Virus record (IMG/VR): IMGVR_UViG_3300042268_000564
DNA from: a virus
Taxonomy: Duplodnaviria > Caudoviricetes
Strand: one strand, 5' to 3'
DNA: 64,000 nucleotides
Below are positions 10,249-21,936 of the stretch, piece by piece. Within the stretch, counting starts at the first letter, position 1. Each line of letters begins with the position of its first letter. The notes below the pieces were generated by a model, which had not been told where the DNA came from, did not search any database, and saw nothing but the letters and a program-made list of their open reading frames with translations. The translations under genes and the position numbers were made by a program.

Positions 10249-10587
10249 TCAATCATATTTTATATTTGCACTATTTTCAGTGAAAAATATCTTAAAAATT
10301 GTTGTATTTTCGGACACCATTTCAGCTTGATTGATTTTGCCAGAATCAATCGTATAGTTTATAGCGTATTCAGATTTCATTTGCATCTCTGCGTCCCATA
10401 GTTCTTTTACAAGAAAAGGCCCGACTATGCAGGGCAATGAATTGCCAGCAATAAACTGAGCTATTTCATCAATAGAATTGAACCACGTTAAAAACGCATA
10501 TCCAGTTCTTGAGTAAGATGGTAAAGGTTCAAGCTTTTCTATCACCCCTATAAGTTTTATAGGTTCATTTTCTGTGTTTGTTAACAA
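10249..10587 (-). CDS. hypothetical protein
   Basis: 112-aa ORF overlapping the upstream phosphoesterase. Confidence 0.5.
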   Translation of the reverse strand: MLTNTENEPIKLIGVIEKLEPLPSYSRTGYAFLTWFNSIDEIAQFIAGNSLPCIVGPFLVKELWDAEMQMKSEYAINYTIDSGKINQAEMVSENTTIFKIFFTENSANIKYD

Positions 10588-11131
10588 AAATTAGCCCCTC
10601 TTTAATCATTTGCTCTCTGATTGGTTCCATTCTTTTTATAAAATCTTTAATATTGTGGGGCTTAAAATTATTTCCATCGACTCCTGCATCCATAGAAAGC
10701 CCTAATGGTGGCAACATGTCATGTGAATGTCCATAAGCATGAATTGTACCATAATGTGATTTATGCCAAACTCTATGAGCAAAGTGTGCCATAAAGATTT
10801 CTTCACCATAAATCTTGAATGTATAAGATTCATGCAGCTTTTGCCCATTTATTTTGCACCAAGTTTCCAGCCCTCTATCATGGTTCCCTTTAACAAAGAT
10901 TATGCTGCCATTTAATTTCTTGATATAATTATTTACAGCCTCATGATTGCCAAAAGCAAAATCACCGAGCATAAAAACTATGTCACCCTTGCATACAAGT
11001 TGGTTCCAGTTCATTATTATTGTGTCGTCCATTTCCTGCACAGATTTAAAGGGCCTGTTACAGTAGACACGGATTTTGTCATGTCCAAGATGTGTGTCTG
11101 CGGTTATCCAGTATTGTTTTTCTCTCTTCAT
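10565..11131 (-). CDS. calcineurin-like metallophosphoesterase
   Basis: DTH, LGDF, GNHD, GHSH motifs. Confidence 0.9.
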   Translation of the reverse strand: MKREKQYWITADTHLGHDKIRVYCNRPFKSVQEMDDTIIMNWNQLVCKGDIVFMLGDFAFGNHEAVNNYIKKLNGSIIFVKGNHDRGLETWCKINGQKLHESYTFKIYGEEIFMAHFAHRVWHKSHYGTIHAYGHSHDMLPPLGLSMDAGVDGNNFKPHNIKDFIKRMEPIREQMIKEGLIFVNKHRK

Positions 11132-11137
11132 GTCTTT

Positions 11138-11165
11138 ATTATAAACAGCGTTGAAGGGTTGTCAA
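11138..11165 (-). promoter_or_regulatory. TTGACA-N16-TATAAT promoter, leaderless
   Basis: TATAAT + 6 nt + ATG(11131); -35 contains the stop of ORF 11162-11464. Confidence 0.8.
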
Positions 11166-11464
11166 TACAAATCTTCGCTTATTAATGTTTCTGCCAATTC
11201 ATCAACTTGTTCAGCCATGTAAGCAATTTTTGCAGCATCTTGTCGATTGAGAAATCTATTTTTCGAGGTTAAAAATCCTTGTGTTACTGTGTAAGCCTTT
11301 TCCCAGCCCGTCGGATATAGTGCGTCTGCAATAAAGAAACAATCGCTGTGACGATAACCACAGACAACTACGCCTGTGTTAATATTCTTTGGTGATTTTG
11401 GACGGCACTTCACTCTGTCATCAATGTGCATTGCTGCGCACAAGATTCTTTCTGCCCTTTTCAT
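11162..11464 (-). CDS. phage hypothetical protein (ILCAA...GYRH..C...QGFLTS...SEDLY)
   Basis: motif pattern I recognise from large phages; function unknown. Confidence 0.65.
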   Translation of the reverse strand: MKRAERILCAAMHIDDRVKCRPKSPKNINTGVVVCGYRHSDCFFIADALYPTGWEKAYTVTQGFLTSKNRFLNRQDAAKIAYMAEQVDELAETLISEDLY

Positions 11465-11686
11465 GAGTCACCCTTTGCCATAGATTTCAGCGCGTCGAGC
11501 CAGCAAGCATCGTCTGGCATGGTTTCCCATTTTTTGGAAATGATATTAACTTCGTCAGGTGTTGCGACTTCATCCCAATTTTCATTCTTGCTGCCAAGTG
11601 CAAGTATTTCCATTGCTCGTTTTTGTGATACTGTGTTTTTCCTGAATAGATTATTGACAAATTGTCTTATCATCTTACTTCTCCAA

Positions 11687-12766
11687 TTAGCACAACCATG
11701 CCTTTGCAAGTCGTTTTATTTCGTCCATTTCTTTAAATTCTGCTTCAATAAGAGCGTTACCAATTTTTCCCAATTTTGAACGGTTATTAGTCATTGCCAA
11801 TTCGAAATCTTGGTCTGTTTTCCCGTCTGTTTTAAGCTTTTCAACAACCTCTTTCATTGTTAAATCACAGAATTCATCAATCCAGTCTGCAACAAAATAG
11901 AGCTTATTGCTATTTTTAATTACGCCAAATAAGATAGGGTCTTTTTTAGCTGCTTCTATCTCAGCCTTAGTCATGGCATTTGCGGCACCTTCAGGGTCGT
12001 AGTGGAAAACCACATAATTGTCGAATATTTTCAATTCGTCAGCAATCTTTTTCTTAGCCGCAACATCTACTGGCAAAACTCTGGTAAAGTTTTTCATCCA
12101 GTCCAGACGAAATCCTGAATAATATCTTTTTGGTTCTGGCTGTCCGTCTGTTGGCTTTTTATCGGGCTGCATTGTCAGGAATTCAATTAACATTTTTTCT
12201 GTGATAATTTTATTAAACCCACATGCTGCCAGCACTGCCTCATAAAGGAACACAATAGAATTGTCCTGCAAACTTTCAAATAGTGCTGTTTGCCCATTTT
12301 CTTTTGCCTGCTCAAGTAATTTCCCGTAAGCCGCAAGTTCTAGCAGCATTATTCCAACAATGCTGGCATCGTCATGATTTTCGGACGAGATTGAGTTAAT
12401 GCTTGATGCATTATCAACCACTTCCTCGAAAACTCTTTTAATATCTTTCAGGGCAGGTCTGTCACTTTTTTGTGGTTTAAACTTTGGCTTACGAAAGAAT
12501 AGAGTCTTTGTTATGGAATGAATAAATCTTTGCCACCAAGACATGGACGCCCAATCATAAAATTCGCACTCATCTCGATAAAGAGAATTGGAATCGATTA
12601 AGGCACCTGCTGGACGAGGAATATTTATTATTGAGTCCATGTTGATATTGAAGCCACCATTCTCAGTTGCATCGTCATCAACTCTGCTGTTTTTTACCCT
12701 CCACTTGGGAAGATTCATATCAGTTTCAAAATTTTGAAAAATTATAAGGCTGTCATTTCTAATCAT
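11687..12766 (-). CDS. phage hypothetical protein (FDNYVVFHYDP...DPILFG...LYFVADWIDEFCDLT)
   Basis: 359-aa ORF with a conserved-looking C-terminal block. Confidence 0.65.
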   Translation of the reverse strand: MIRNDSLIIFQNFETDMNLPKWRVKNSRVDDDATENGGFNINMDSIINIPRPAGALIDSNSLYRDECEFYDWASMSWWQRFIHSITKTLFFRKPKFKPQKSDRPALKDIKRVFEEVVDNASSINSISSENHDDASIVGIMLLELAAYGKLLEQAKENGQTALFESLQDNSIVFLYEAVLAACGFNKIITEKMLIEFLTMQPDKKPTDGQPEPKRYYSGFRLDWMKNFTRVLPVDVAAKKKIADELKIFDNYVVFHYDPEGAANAMTKAEIEAAKKDPILFGVIKNSNKLYFVADWIDEFCDLTMKEVVEKLKTDGKTDQDFELAMTNNRSKLGKIGNALIEAEFKEMDEIKRLAKAWLC

Positions 12767-12784
12767 GGATTTATATTACTCCAA

Positions 12785-13906
12785 TCAAATTTCTTGTGAA
12801 TATTCTACAGCTCTTCCTTTCAACTGAAACCTCGACCCCGTAACGGGGCACTTTTCAGCGACAGGAGCGTGTGATTCCCCAAATATATCGTAAAAGTATT
12901 CATCCGACATGAAAAGGATTTCATCGTGTTGAGACCATTTTACAATATCTTGTGCGAGGTCATAGAACCATTGCAATTGAATCTGTCTGTCAAAGTCTTG
13001 TGCCACATGCCTTAAAATGCAGCGATACAATTCATTTATTGCCACTTCTTCGCTGTGACCGGGATTCCGACAATGAAACATATCGTCGTCTAGTATTTTA
13101 TCAAGATTCCTAGAGTTTACATGAGGGAAGACATTGCTCCAACTTCCCTTGTCCAGTTCATATCTTTCTTCGGTTCTTGTATTGACCAAACAATATGTAG
13201 TGCCCATAATTAATTCAGTTTAAAATCTTCCGGCAAGGAAAATTCATGGCGTATTTTTTCAAGCGAATAAGGATATATGTAATCAACCACAACTTTGTTG
13301 CCATGCCAAGTCACATCGCTGCGGCTTAAGCCAGACTTGTTAAACAACTTTGTATTATACTCATGAAATACAGCTTGAAACATTATTGCCGTGGGAGCAG
13401 AATTCTTTACTTTTTCCCAAGCCTGTCTAAATACTTTTTCTACAGCTTTTTCATATTCAACATCGTGCTTCATTCTAAGTTTTCCAGCTCAAGAAAGATT
13501 TTATCTGGGACATTCATCGCAGGTATAGTAACCTTGCGATATATCGTATTGCCGACTACAAGGTCAACATCGGCAACCTCGAACATTTTGCCCTCTTTAG
13601 CGAAACCGTAAACCACAGGCTCATTATTTTCATTCATTCGGAAAAGTTTACAACTCTTTTTTACAGTCATTCTTGTCATGGTTTCTCCGCAGGTTTAGTT
13701 GGCAAGTGTCGCCATTCTACATCATACATAATGAAAGGTTTGCCACCTTCACGGATACACATGCAGTAACCTTCAGCCTGAGCCATCAAACGAATCGCAC
13801 CCTCAGCATCGTATCTGACACTCTCCATGTGAAGCTTGATACCAAGTGCCACGGTAAGCAATACAGAAATAGTTAACATTATCTTTATGGCTTGTGTTTT
13901 ATTCAA
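12785..13906 (-). CDS. run of small hypothetical ORFs (12785-13207, 13210-13473, 13470-13679, 13676-13906)
   Basis: tightly coupled co-oriented ORFs; 13676-13906 has an N-terminal hydrophobic helix. Confidence 0.55.
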
Positions 13907-14345
13907 GGGACATACCTCACAAGGGTAATATCCTCACCTTGCATAGCCTCATCAATTATAGCAGCAATTTTATTCCAATCACCGCCAGCAAGACCTGCAC
14001 CAATCAGTGGGATTCCAATTCGCTTGCCAGAAAATTCCTGTTTCATTTTTTCAAAGCAGGACTTAACGGCATCGTAATCAACAAGTTCTTTTTTGCCCCA
14101 GTATTCAAACTGAGTATAGCAATTGACAACTGTTACATTGCCACATGCTGCAAAGGTATAAGTTCCAAGCTTTTTTTGTCGCCAGCTTTAGTGTCCTTGT
14201 CAGCATACCAAGCTTCAGGGAAAGCCAGCCGGATAGACTTAGCTATGCCAGCACCCATCTTAACGAAGCAATTGCACCCGTGGGCTATTACATCAAATTC
14301 ACCCTGTTTCGCAAGAGCAATCAAGTCACCTTTAATCTCTTTCAT
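13903..14345 (-). pseudogene. macrodomain (ADP-ribose-processing) gene interrupted by a frameshift at an A7 run
   Basis: N-part GDL...HGCNC..MGAGIA; after the run at 14171-14177 the -1 frame continues KLGTYT...VNCYTQ...IPLIGAGLAGGDW...RYVP* (stop 13903-13905). Confidence 0.8.
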
Positions 14346-14767
14346 GCATTAATACTCCTTGAGGGAAACAATCTTATCTTCTTGAAAAATATCTGAGCCT
14401 ACAACATTTGTTATAGTATCTTTTGTTGCCATAGACCAATTTAATTCAGGATAATCTTTTGCCGAGATAAGTTCCTTTTTGATACAGCGCAACCTTAATT
14501 TATTGTAAAGAGCAATGTCCTCTATCAATGGTTTCCCTATGGCACACAGGATAGATTCACGTAAGGTGCTTACTATGGACACAAGCTCTCTATCTGATGG
14601 CTCAATTCTGTTCGTTTTGGACATCAGGCATTTCCTCAATGGTAACTCTTACCTTTTTACAATAAAGCTCCCATCGTTTCTTTTTATCTTTTACCATTAT
14701 TTTTACGGGTTCGTCTGTTACGGTATTCACCAGCAAATTTTCACCATCCATCGCTTGAGTAAATCCT

Positions 14768-15196
14768 TCAAATACTATCTTCATTGTTTTCTTTTTCCTT
14801 CTTTAACCCATGAACTACCTTACTTCTCTGACAATTGAAAAGTGTTGAGCTGCAACCATATCCGAAAGCAGGATTAATCCACGCACCCGGAATCTTAACA
14901 ATTTCGTCATAATGTCCACAAGCATACTGTTTATATTCGGCAGTCTCTTTATGTAATACAAGATGAACACACCAACCAGTATCAGGATTCACTGAGCCAT
15001 AAGCACAAGGAACCTTCATGCAACAGTAGCCACACATAACACAAGGATATATGGCAGCTAAATCACCCAGACTGGTCTTCGTCATTCTTGCCATCCTTGA
15101 CGGTATCGGGTTTATGGTAATCTTTAAAAGGGATAATTTTATTGCCAGATTTTTTGACAACAGGTTTTCGGTTCTTGGGTAATCTTTCAGGTACAT
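14768..15196 (-). CDS. Cys-rich CxxCxxCC protein (YkgJ-like metal cluster); true start probably near 15085
   Basis: CVMCGYCC..PC...C...C.HY. Confidence 0.55.
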   Translation of the reverse strand: MYLKDYPRTENLLSKNLAIKLSLLKITINPIPSRMARMTKTSLGDLAAIYPCVMCGYCCMKVPCAYGSVNPDTGWCVHLVLHKETAEYKQYACGHYDEIVKIPGAWINPAFGYGCSSTLFNCQRSKVVHGLKKEKENNEDSI

Positions 15197-15512
15197 CTAT
15201 CTGTTCATTCAGGACGTCAATGATGTCATCAACGTAATCAGGCACAGATGTAAGTTTAACAACTTCAAAGTAGGTGCCATTATCGTCTATCTTACCACTG
15301 GCTTCACCAAATAATGACCATGTGCTCGTGCCTACTACATGTTTATTAACGAGCTGAAGTATGTATGCAGACATGGCAACTTTCTGCTCGTCGGTAATAA
15401 TCCCTTCCCTTACCATAGCGTCAAGGAATACCAGACGGCAACGATTTATCTCAGACATTAACTCAGTCTGATAAGCAACGTGAGATAATAATTTGTCACG
15501 GTCTTTTCCCAT
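15063..15512 (-). CDS. hypothetical protein
   Basis: 149-aa ORF with GAGG RBS downstream of the duplicated promoter. Confidence 0.55.
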   Translation of the reverse strand: MGKDRDKLLSHVAYQTELMSEINRCRLVFLDAMVREGIITDEQKVAMSAYILQLVNKHVVGTSTWSLFGEASGKIDDNGTYFEVVKLTSVPDYVDDIIDVLNEQIDVPERLPKNRKPVVKKSGNKIIPFKDYHKPDTVKDGKNDEDQSG

Positions 15513-15544
15513 TAGGACAACCTCATTCCTTAAATATTACCCTT

Positions 15545-15614
15545 ATTATATAAGGTAGTTGATGGATGTCAATAAAAAAATTATATAAGGTAGTTGATGG
15601 ATGTCAATAAAAAA
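15545..15614 (-). repeat. 35-bp tandem duplication containing two TTGACA-N16-TATAAT promoters
   Basis: ATTATATAAGGTAGTTGATGGATGTCAATAAAAAA x2. Confidence 0.9.
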
Positions 15615-15800
15615 AGGGGAACAAAAGACGATACAGGGGATACACCGAGGGGGCTTTTTTAACAGGAAAGCCATATACTCATCAAGTAACATGGTCTGGG
15701 ATAAAACATATAAGCAGAGAGGTTACATGGCAAGATGTAAGCTCGTAAGTGAGAGAGAGGGGTATAGGGCTAGAACGTTACAAAATCAGGCAAGCAAGTT

Positions 15801-18328
15801 TTATAGCAATTCCATTTCATTTGGGGACGAGGGTTGTTGAATTATCACATTTGGAAACAATGCAGAAAGTGCTGATTGTAATATTGCTAATAATAACGTT
15901 GTTGGTGGGATTGTCTTTGCAAAGGCTGCCTTACTTTGTTTGCCATCAGACAGTTCATTTACAGTGAATAGTATTGGCACATTAATATCTTTTGCTGAGG
16001 CTGAATCTTGTTGCCAAAAATCACAGTCGTAACTTTTAATCACGAGTTTTTTCACATGAGAATTATCGTCTATTTGTTGCAAGTCAATTTGGCTGTCTTG
16101 CGACGATTCTTTCCCCTCAAAGAAAAATTCTATATTTGTCGCATTGTGATTTATAATTACATTTGTAGGCAAAGTAGGAACGTGTAGATTTGTCTTGTCT
16201 ACCCATACGGCAATTATGTAATGTTTTTTGCCACATTGAACTAATATGTTTTGTAGTATTGGACTTAACAAAAAAAACCTCCCAATAAAAAAGGGAGGTA
16301 AAAAACCAAACCGAAAAGGATAACCGAGCCTTTCCTATTAAATATATTACACTTAAATTGGTTTTTCGCCACCTGTTTATTGAACCACAAAACTATACAT
16401 GCTCCTAACGATTTCATTGTCATCGCTACACCTTGTTAGGAAGAGGTTCACAGATTCCCCTGAGAGAGCTTCATGTATCTCCATTGTAACAAATGGTGTC
16501 AACATGCGTTTTTGTTTAAGAGTTGGGAGGTCAAGGGGCAATGATTCTTTCCCATTAACAATGATTGTTAACCACTTGTCTGACAACAAAAATGTTTCGG
16601 CAAGATTTTCTTTTGTAGCTTTTTTAATGTCTGTTGTAGGATAGCTTTCAAGAAGTTTGTTCACTGTTTCTGTAAGCACTGGTGATTTATCGTTGAAATT
16701 CAGAATCAATTGATATCGTTTTGCTTCATTGGCTATTACAGAGAATAGGTCGCTAAGTTTTTGTTTCTTACACATGAATATTGCCATAAAAAATCTCCCT
16801 TCGTTTTTATTATAACGAGAGGAGCGCAAATGTCAACGAGATTGTGGTTCATACATGTTAGCAACCCAACCATCAATACAATCGTCCAGTTCGTCAGAGG
16901 GTTTCTTTGCAAATGCATATCTTGCTGCTTGCAGGAGTGCTTTATCTAATGCTTCGTTGCGTTGCCAAATCATTTGGGGGGCTTGTAATATGCCAATGGT
17001 TAATGTTTCTATTATTTTAGAAAACTCGTCCTGACTAATTAGTTTGTCGGATTTAAAAGTGTCTGTTATCAACGCTTTACGTTCTGTTTTGACTAATAAG
17101 GAAATTGTTAGAGAAAAGCCAATCCCTATCAAATTGGGGAAAATCTTTGTGCGCAATATTTCTTCGTATGTGTCTAATGATATATATATGTCTTTAGCCA
17201 GTAAGGTTTCGATAGCTATGATTGTTTTTGGAATAGCTTCATTTAAACGCTCGGCGAGACGTTTGGAGCCATCCTGCCCCATTTCTTCGACGATTTTAAC
17301 TCTGTTATGAAAAAGGACTTCGCAGCCTTTTTTATAATTGCGCAGAATCTTTCTAAATCTTAAATCTTCAGTCACAATCACGAACCAATAGGCAAAGCTA
17401 TCTCCATGCACAGTAAATATCCAAATTGGCAAGGCTGTAGCCAAGCATATCAAATCTAGCATTGTTTTGTAATAGTCGATACCCATCAAATCATTTCCCT
17501 GTTATAATCTTATTTTTTTGTTTACTTCTCGCCCAATTATCAATAAGGTTTCCTGTAAAGGCACTGTCCCCCAACATACTTTGTCGTTGTGCATTTTTTC
17601 GTTGAGATTCTTGATTCATTCGTTCAATCACTTCAGGGCTTTTATGTTTGAGATTGTTGTATTTGGCTATTCCTGCTTTAATGGGGTCAACCTTTCCTTC
17701 TACAAAGACACAGCAGTCGCCAAAGTTAAGCATTTCGCCAGTTTCCTTATCTATGGTGTGAGTCCAGCGAGCAACATTGTCTTTGAATTTTGTTTTACCG
17801 CAAATGCTGCATACAATATCTCTGCATTTTCCACATACCATTCTTTCTTCGCCATCTATTTCCTCGTAATATTTACTCAGGAAAGGTTCGTTCCCACAAC
17901 GATAACATTTGTCCATTATCTACTCCTATTATAAAACACGGTTTGATATTGTCAACTTAAAGATTCATCTGTCGGCTATCACATTTTTTTGCATCACCCT
18001 CATATATTGTTACCCAATAGTCTTGAACACATGAATCTTGCCTTAAAACTTCGCAATAGCCAGTTATTAATGCTTTCATTTGGTCTTGCGATGCGTTTTG
18101 TCCCATGCGCCCTACGGTTGCATCTCTGATTTTGAAATAAGCCTGATAAAGATTTTGTAACCACATTTCTACTGATGGTTGAGATGTCGGGTCAACCCCT
18201 GCCAATTGCAAGGCTCTTGTGCTAACAAATATGCGATTATACATCTGCACTGGATGATTTGTAGCCTTGAAAGACATTCTGAAGATAATGTCTTCTTTTT
18301 TATTCTCAAGCTTGGGTAGAGGTAGCAT
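15801..18328 (-). CDS. hypothetical ORFs (15801-16271, 16377-~16787, 16833-17489, 17491-17916 with CxxC zinc fingers, 17957-18328)
   Basis: co-oriented ORFs; N16 promoters at 16809-16836 and 17928-17955. Confidence 0.55.
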
Positions 18329-19154
18329 AGGGGTTCAATCCTGTCAAATTACATCTTTTCAAAAGCTCTGAAACCAATTTGCGCATGTGGTGAGATTCAT
18401 TCATCTCAGCTTTCGCAATAATCTTATTAATATTATTTACATGATTATCAGACTCACTAGAGGCGATAGTTATATTGCATGTGTCCTGTAGAATTTTGCG
18501 AATTGCATGGTAGTGGTTTTTGATTGCATGTTTATCTCTATTTTTATCCTGTCCTTTTTTTACGGCACTTTCTAAGAGTGTTGGGGAATATTTTTCGAGG
18601 AAGGGGTGACAATATCTCAGTGAGATACATGCTCCATCTACAAGTTTTCCTGCTGCGTCGGGTTCGATATCTAACATAATGCCTATTTCTGAATTGCAGA
18701 AATTTGCTCTATATCGCCAATACAATGCTTCGAATTTATCCCTTGAGAGAGCTTTGTAAATATCGCACCAGATGTCCATAACATAGGCTTGCTCGTCCAA
18801 TTCATAAGTGCCAAAAATGCCATCTTCATCGTCGGCAAATATTTCTACTGGCATTTCACCTTTCCATGTTTTTACGAGACTTTTGAAATAGTTGTAAACC
18901 CTATTGGAAAGTTTTGATTTTAAAAAGCCAGCGAGAGGAACCCCTTTACTGGCGTCAAATTCCTCCAATAGCTGAACAAAGATTAAAATTATCTGTTGCG
19001 ATAAATCATCTCTATCATATCTTGGGTCGCATTGCTTTGCAAGTTCTTTATAAATCAGGTTTTTATACCTGCGAATCATGATTGATATAATGGATTTTCT
19101 GGTGCCGGGATACAATTGCATCCAGCCAACCAGCTTTTCATCTTCCCAGTGCAT
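18306..19154 (-). CDS. sigma70-family RNA polymerase sigma factor-like protein
   Basis: region-2-like RYKNLI...DDLSQ...EFDASKGVPLAGFL and region-4-like HTH (SEIGIMLDI). Confidence 0.7.
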   Translation of the reverse strand: MHWEDEKLVGWMQLYPGTRKSIISIMIRRYKNLIYKELAKQCDPRYDRDDLSQQIILIFVQLLEEFDASKGVPLAGFLKSKLSNRVYNYFKSLVKTWKGEMPVEIFADDEDGIFGTYELDEQAYVMDIWCDIYKALSRDKFEALYWRYRANFCNSEIGIMLDIEPDAAGKLVDGACISLRYCHPFLEKYSPTLLESAVKKGQDKNRDKHAIKNHYHAIRKILQDTCNITIASSESDNHVNNINKIIAKAEMNESHHMRKLVSELLKRCNLTGLNPYATSTQA

Positions 19155-19229
19155 GTCTATTCTCCATACTGTAGTATATGTATACAGTATCTATTATATG
19201 CACATTAGAATGGAAAAAAATATTTTTTA

Positions 19230-21744
19230 TCAATCACCTTCAATGTGTAGGTGATGCTTGCAGAATCCACACCTGCACTCAGCATCGACCATGTCAGGGA
19301 GTCCTTTTATTACGGCATTAACAAATTGTTTTATTGAATTTTCCATAATTTTGTCAAGTTTTTCTGTAAGCTCTTCAAGAAAAACTTGTTTTTTATATAT
19401 AGGCAATAAATTTAATGAAACATCATAGCACTTCGTGCTGTCAGGCACTAATTTGAATTTTTTACGAGCGTTTCTGGCAAGATTCACCAATGCTTCAATC
19501 CTTGAGTTTTTCTCAATTTCTAACAGCGTCTTTTTAGCTATCCAAAATTTGTCCCATGCGTCACGAACGCCTTTAATTTTGTTTGTGTAAATTTTTAATT
19601 TGGCTCTACAATTCATATTGGGGCAAGTGATATCTTCAACTTTTTCGAGGACTATTGGCGTGTGCTCTCTTATGTAAGAGAATAAAACTTGTGAGCTTGT
19701 GTCCCATATTCCTTCTGCGCCAGTTTTAACATATTCCCTTTGCTTTGCTTCAGCATGGTGGCGAGATGGTGTAATGTCGCTATCGAGGACTAAGCACATT
19801 CTGTTCTTTGTCCATGTCCATGTATCGTATACATTTTCAGCAAAATTTTCAGCAATCGCTACAGTTTCTCTGCGGAAATCACTTTCGCACGTAGAAATAT
19901 CTTTTTTAGAAGGTTCTGTTGCCAGTGTTACTTTAAGCATTCGATTGTTCCCCCGACTTATTTTTTGTTTTAATTTCAGACAAGAATTTTTGCCACGCAT
20001 CAAATCTTTCTCCAGTCTGTTGAAAATTCACAGGACAAAGCACACACTCAAACAACCATGAGCCTAATTCCCAACTACCATTACGTTTTGGGCATGTTTT
20101 TGATAAAGGTTGTTCTGGAAGTTCTTGCTTCTCCCCATCTATTTCTTTGAAGCCATCACCACCAGCATTAATATTAGCCTGTTTAATAGTTAATGTATCG
20201 CACAAATACAATTCATCTCCTGCAAGTTCTTGATGTAGGTTAAAAACGGTTAATGATAAGTTCGCAGCTTTTGTAATCAGTGGTTTCAAGTCCTCAGAGG
20301 GCAAAACTGTTCGTCTCCCAGTTTGGTTATTTTGACTAACTTGTGGCTTGCTTATTAATAACAAGTTTTCGGGTAATGTCAAATTGTTATTTTGTAACTT
20401 TTTTTCCAAATCAAACAAACATCCCATGAAATCAGAATCGTCGAGTGAAATGTTTTGTTGAAAAACATCTGCCTGTTGAATAATTTGACTCGGCGCAGAG
20501 GCGTTCTTGTTGAAATTTTGTCGTGGCATTTCATCAAAAATGTTATTTGTTTTGCCTTCTATATCTATAATTTTTCTGCGTCCTTCATTTATGAAACGCT
20601 TTTCTCTTATTTCTTCCAGTAGTAGAATCAGTTCTTTTTCTTTTTCCCATAATAGTTCCCACGACATAAGACAGCCCTCCGTGTGTGGTTTGGTTATTTA
20701 TTATATATAATACGCACAATAAAAAAGCCAGAGAGCTTTTTCACTCTCTGGCTCGTGTATGTATACTGTATTTTAGCTTTTAGAATGATGTTGTGAAGTC
20801 CATTTGCCTGATATCGTTAGTGTTCAATCTGCGTGGCACTTCTTTTACGGGCACCGTTTTGCCAGTTTCTTTTATGCGTTTGGCAACTTCACGGGCTTGA
20901 GATAATGGCACCCATACGTATGTGTGTCGGTCTTTAGGGTTAAACACCATGATATGTTTTTCGACCTTGCCTGTTTCTTTATTGACTTTTGGTCGAATCA
21001 GTCCTTTCTGCGCAAGTAGCTCTTCAAAGTTCGTGGTGTCAGCGGTAGTTACATATTGGTAGGTAAAAACACCAGTATTATCTTTTGTCATCATCATGAT
21101 GATTGCGCTGCCACTGGCATCAACCTGCGTAGTTGTTTTCAAGACACCAAGTGATTCAAACAGTTCAATTTGTTTTTCACGTTCTTTTGCAACTTCGTCT
21201 TCTGTTTTTTCTGCCTGTTTCGGGGTAATGGAATATCCAAACAGGTCAAGAGCGGATACAGGATAGGCAAGGATAAGAACAAGGACAAGGCTCAATACGG
21301 TTCTTTTCATGGGCAGGCTCCTTTTCATTGTCTTTTTAACATTTCTTTATAAGCATCTTGTGGCATGTACACCGTTGACGCTTTGTTTCCTGTTACAAAT
21401 AATACGAAACCGTCTTCTTTTGCATGAACATTCACTTTGCAGGTTATAGAATTTATAATTTCTTGTTTGTCATTTACACAACAATGTAATGGAACCACCA
21501 ACGAGCGGTCTTTAGTCTTGCAGTAGATTCCATCAGTGGGAACATTCAGTTCTATGTCCTTCCAGTGGAAGTTGGTTTCTTTGGGTAACTTATATGGCAA
21601 AGTTACGAAACCTTTGTCAATAGAATCCTCAACAATATTCAAGCTTATACCATCTTTTTCTGTTTTTATTTCAGTCAAAACAGTCCAAGTTCGTATTATA
21701 AGTTCATGCAGTATTAATTGTTGCAATTCTTTCAACAGTTTCAT
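19230..21744 (-). CDS. hypothetical ORFs (19230-19940 zinc ribbon, 19933-20667, 20780-21328 with signal peptide, 21325-21744 leaderless)
   Basis: CPxxxC/CxCxxC motifs; MKRTVLSLVLVLILAYPVSA signal peptide; promoter 21751-21778 lies 6 nt from ATG 21744. Confidence 0.55.
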
Positions 21745-21936
21745 ACTGCTATTATAACCAAGCATAAAAAAATGTCAAGGGATAAAGAAAAATGAAAACC
21801 AAACTTGTGTCGAGCTTGTCCAGTTTTACTCAGAACGAAAATGAATCGAAAGAATTGAGCGAGGTCTTTGATGCCTACAAGTATTATTTAATGTATGGCG
21901 CAAAAGTAGAAACTACTTTGTGGACTAACAGGCAAC

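Noticed and set aside
13894-14352. 152-aa plus-strand ORF
   Set aside because: Antisense shadow of the frameshifted macrodomain gene, with no RBS or motif
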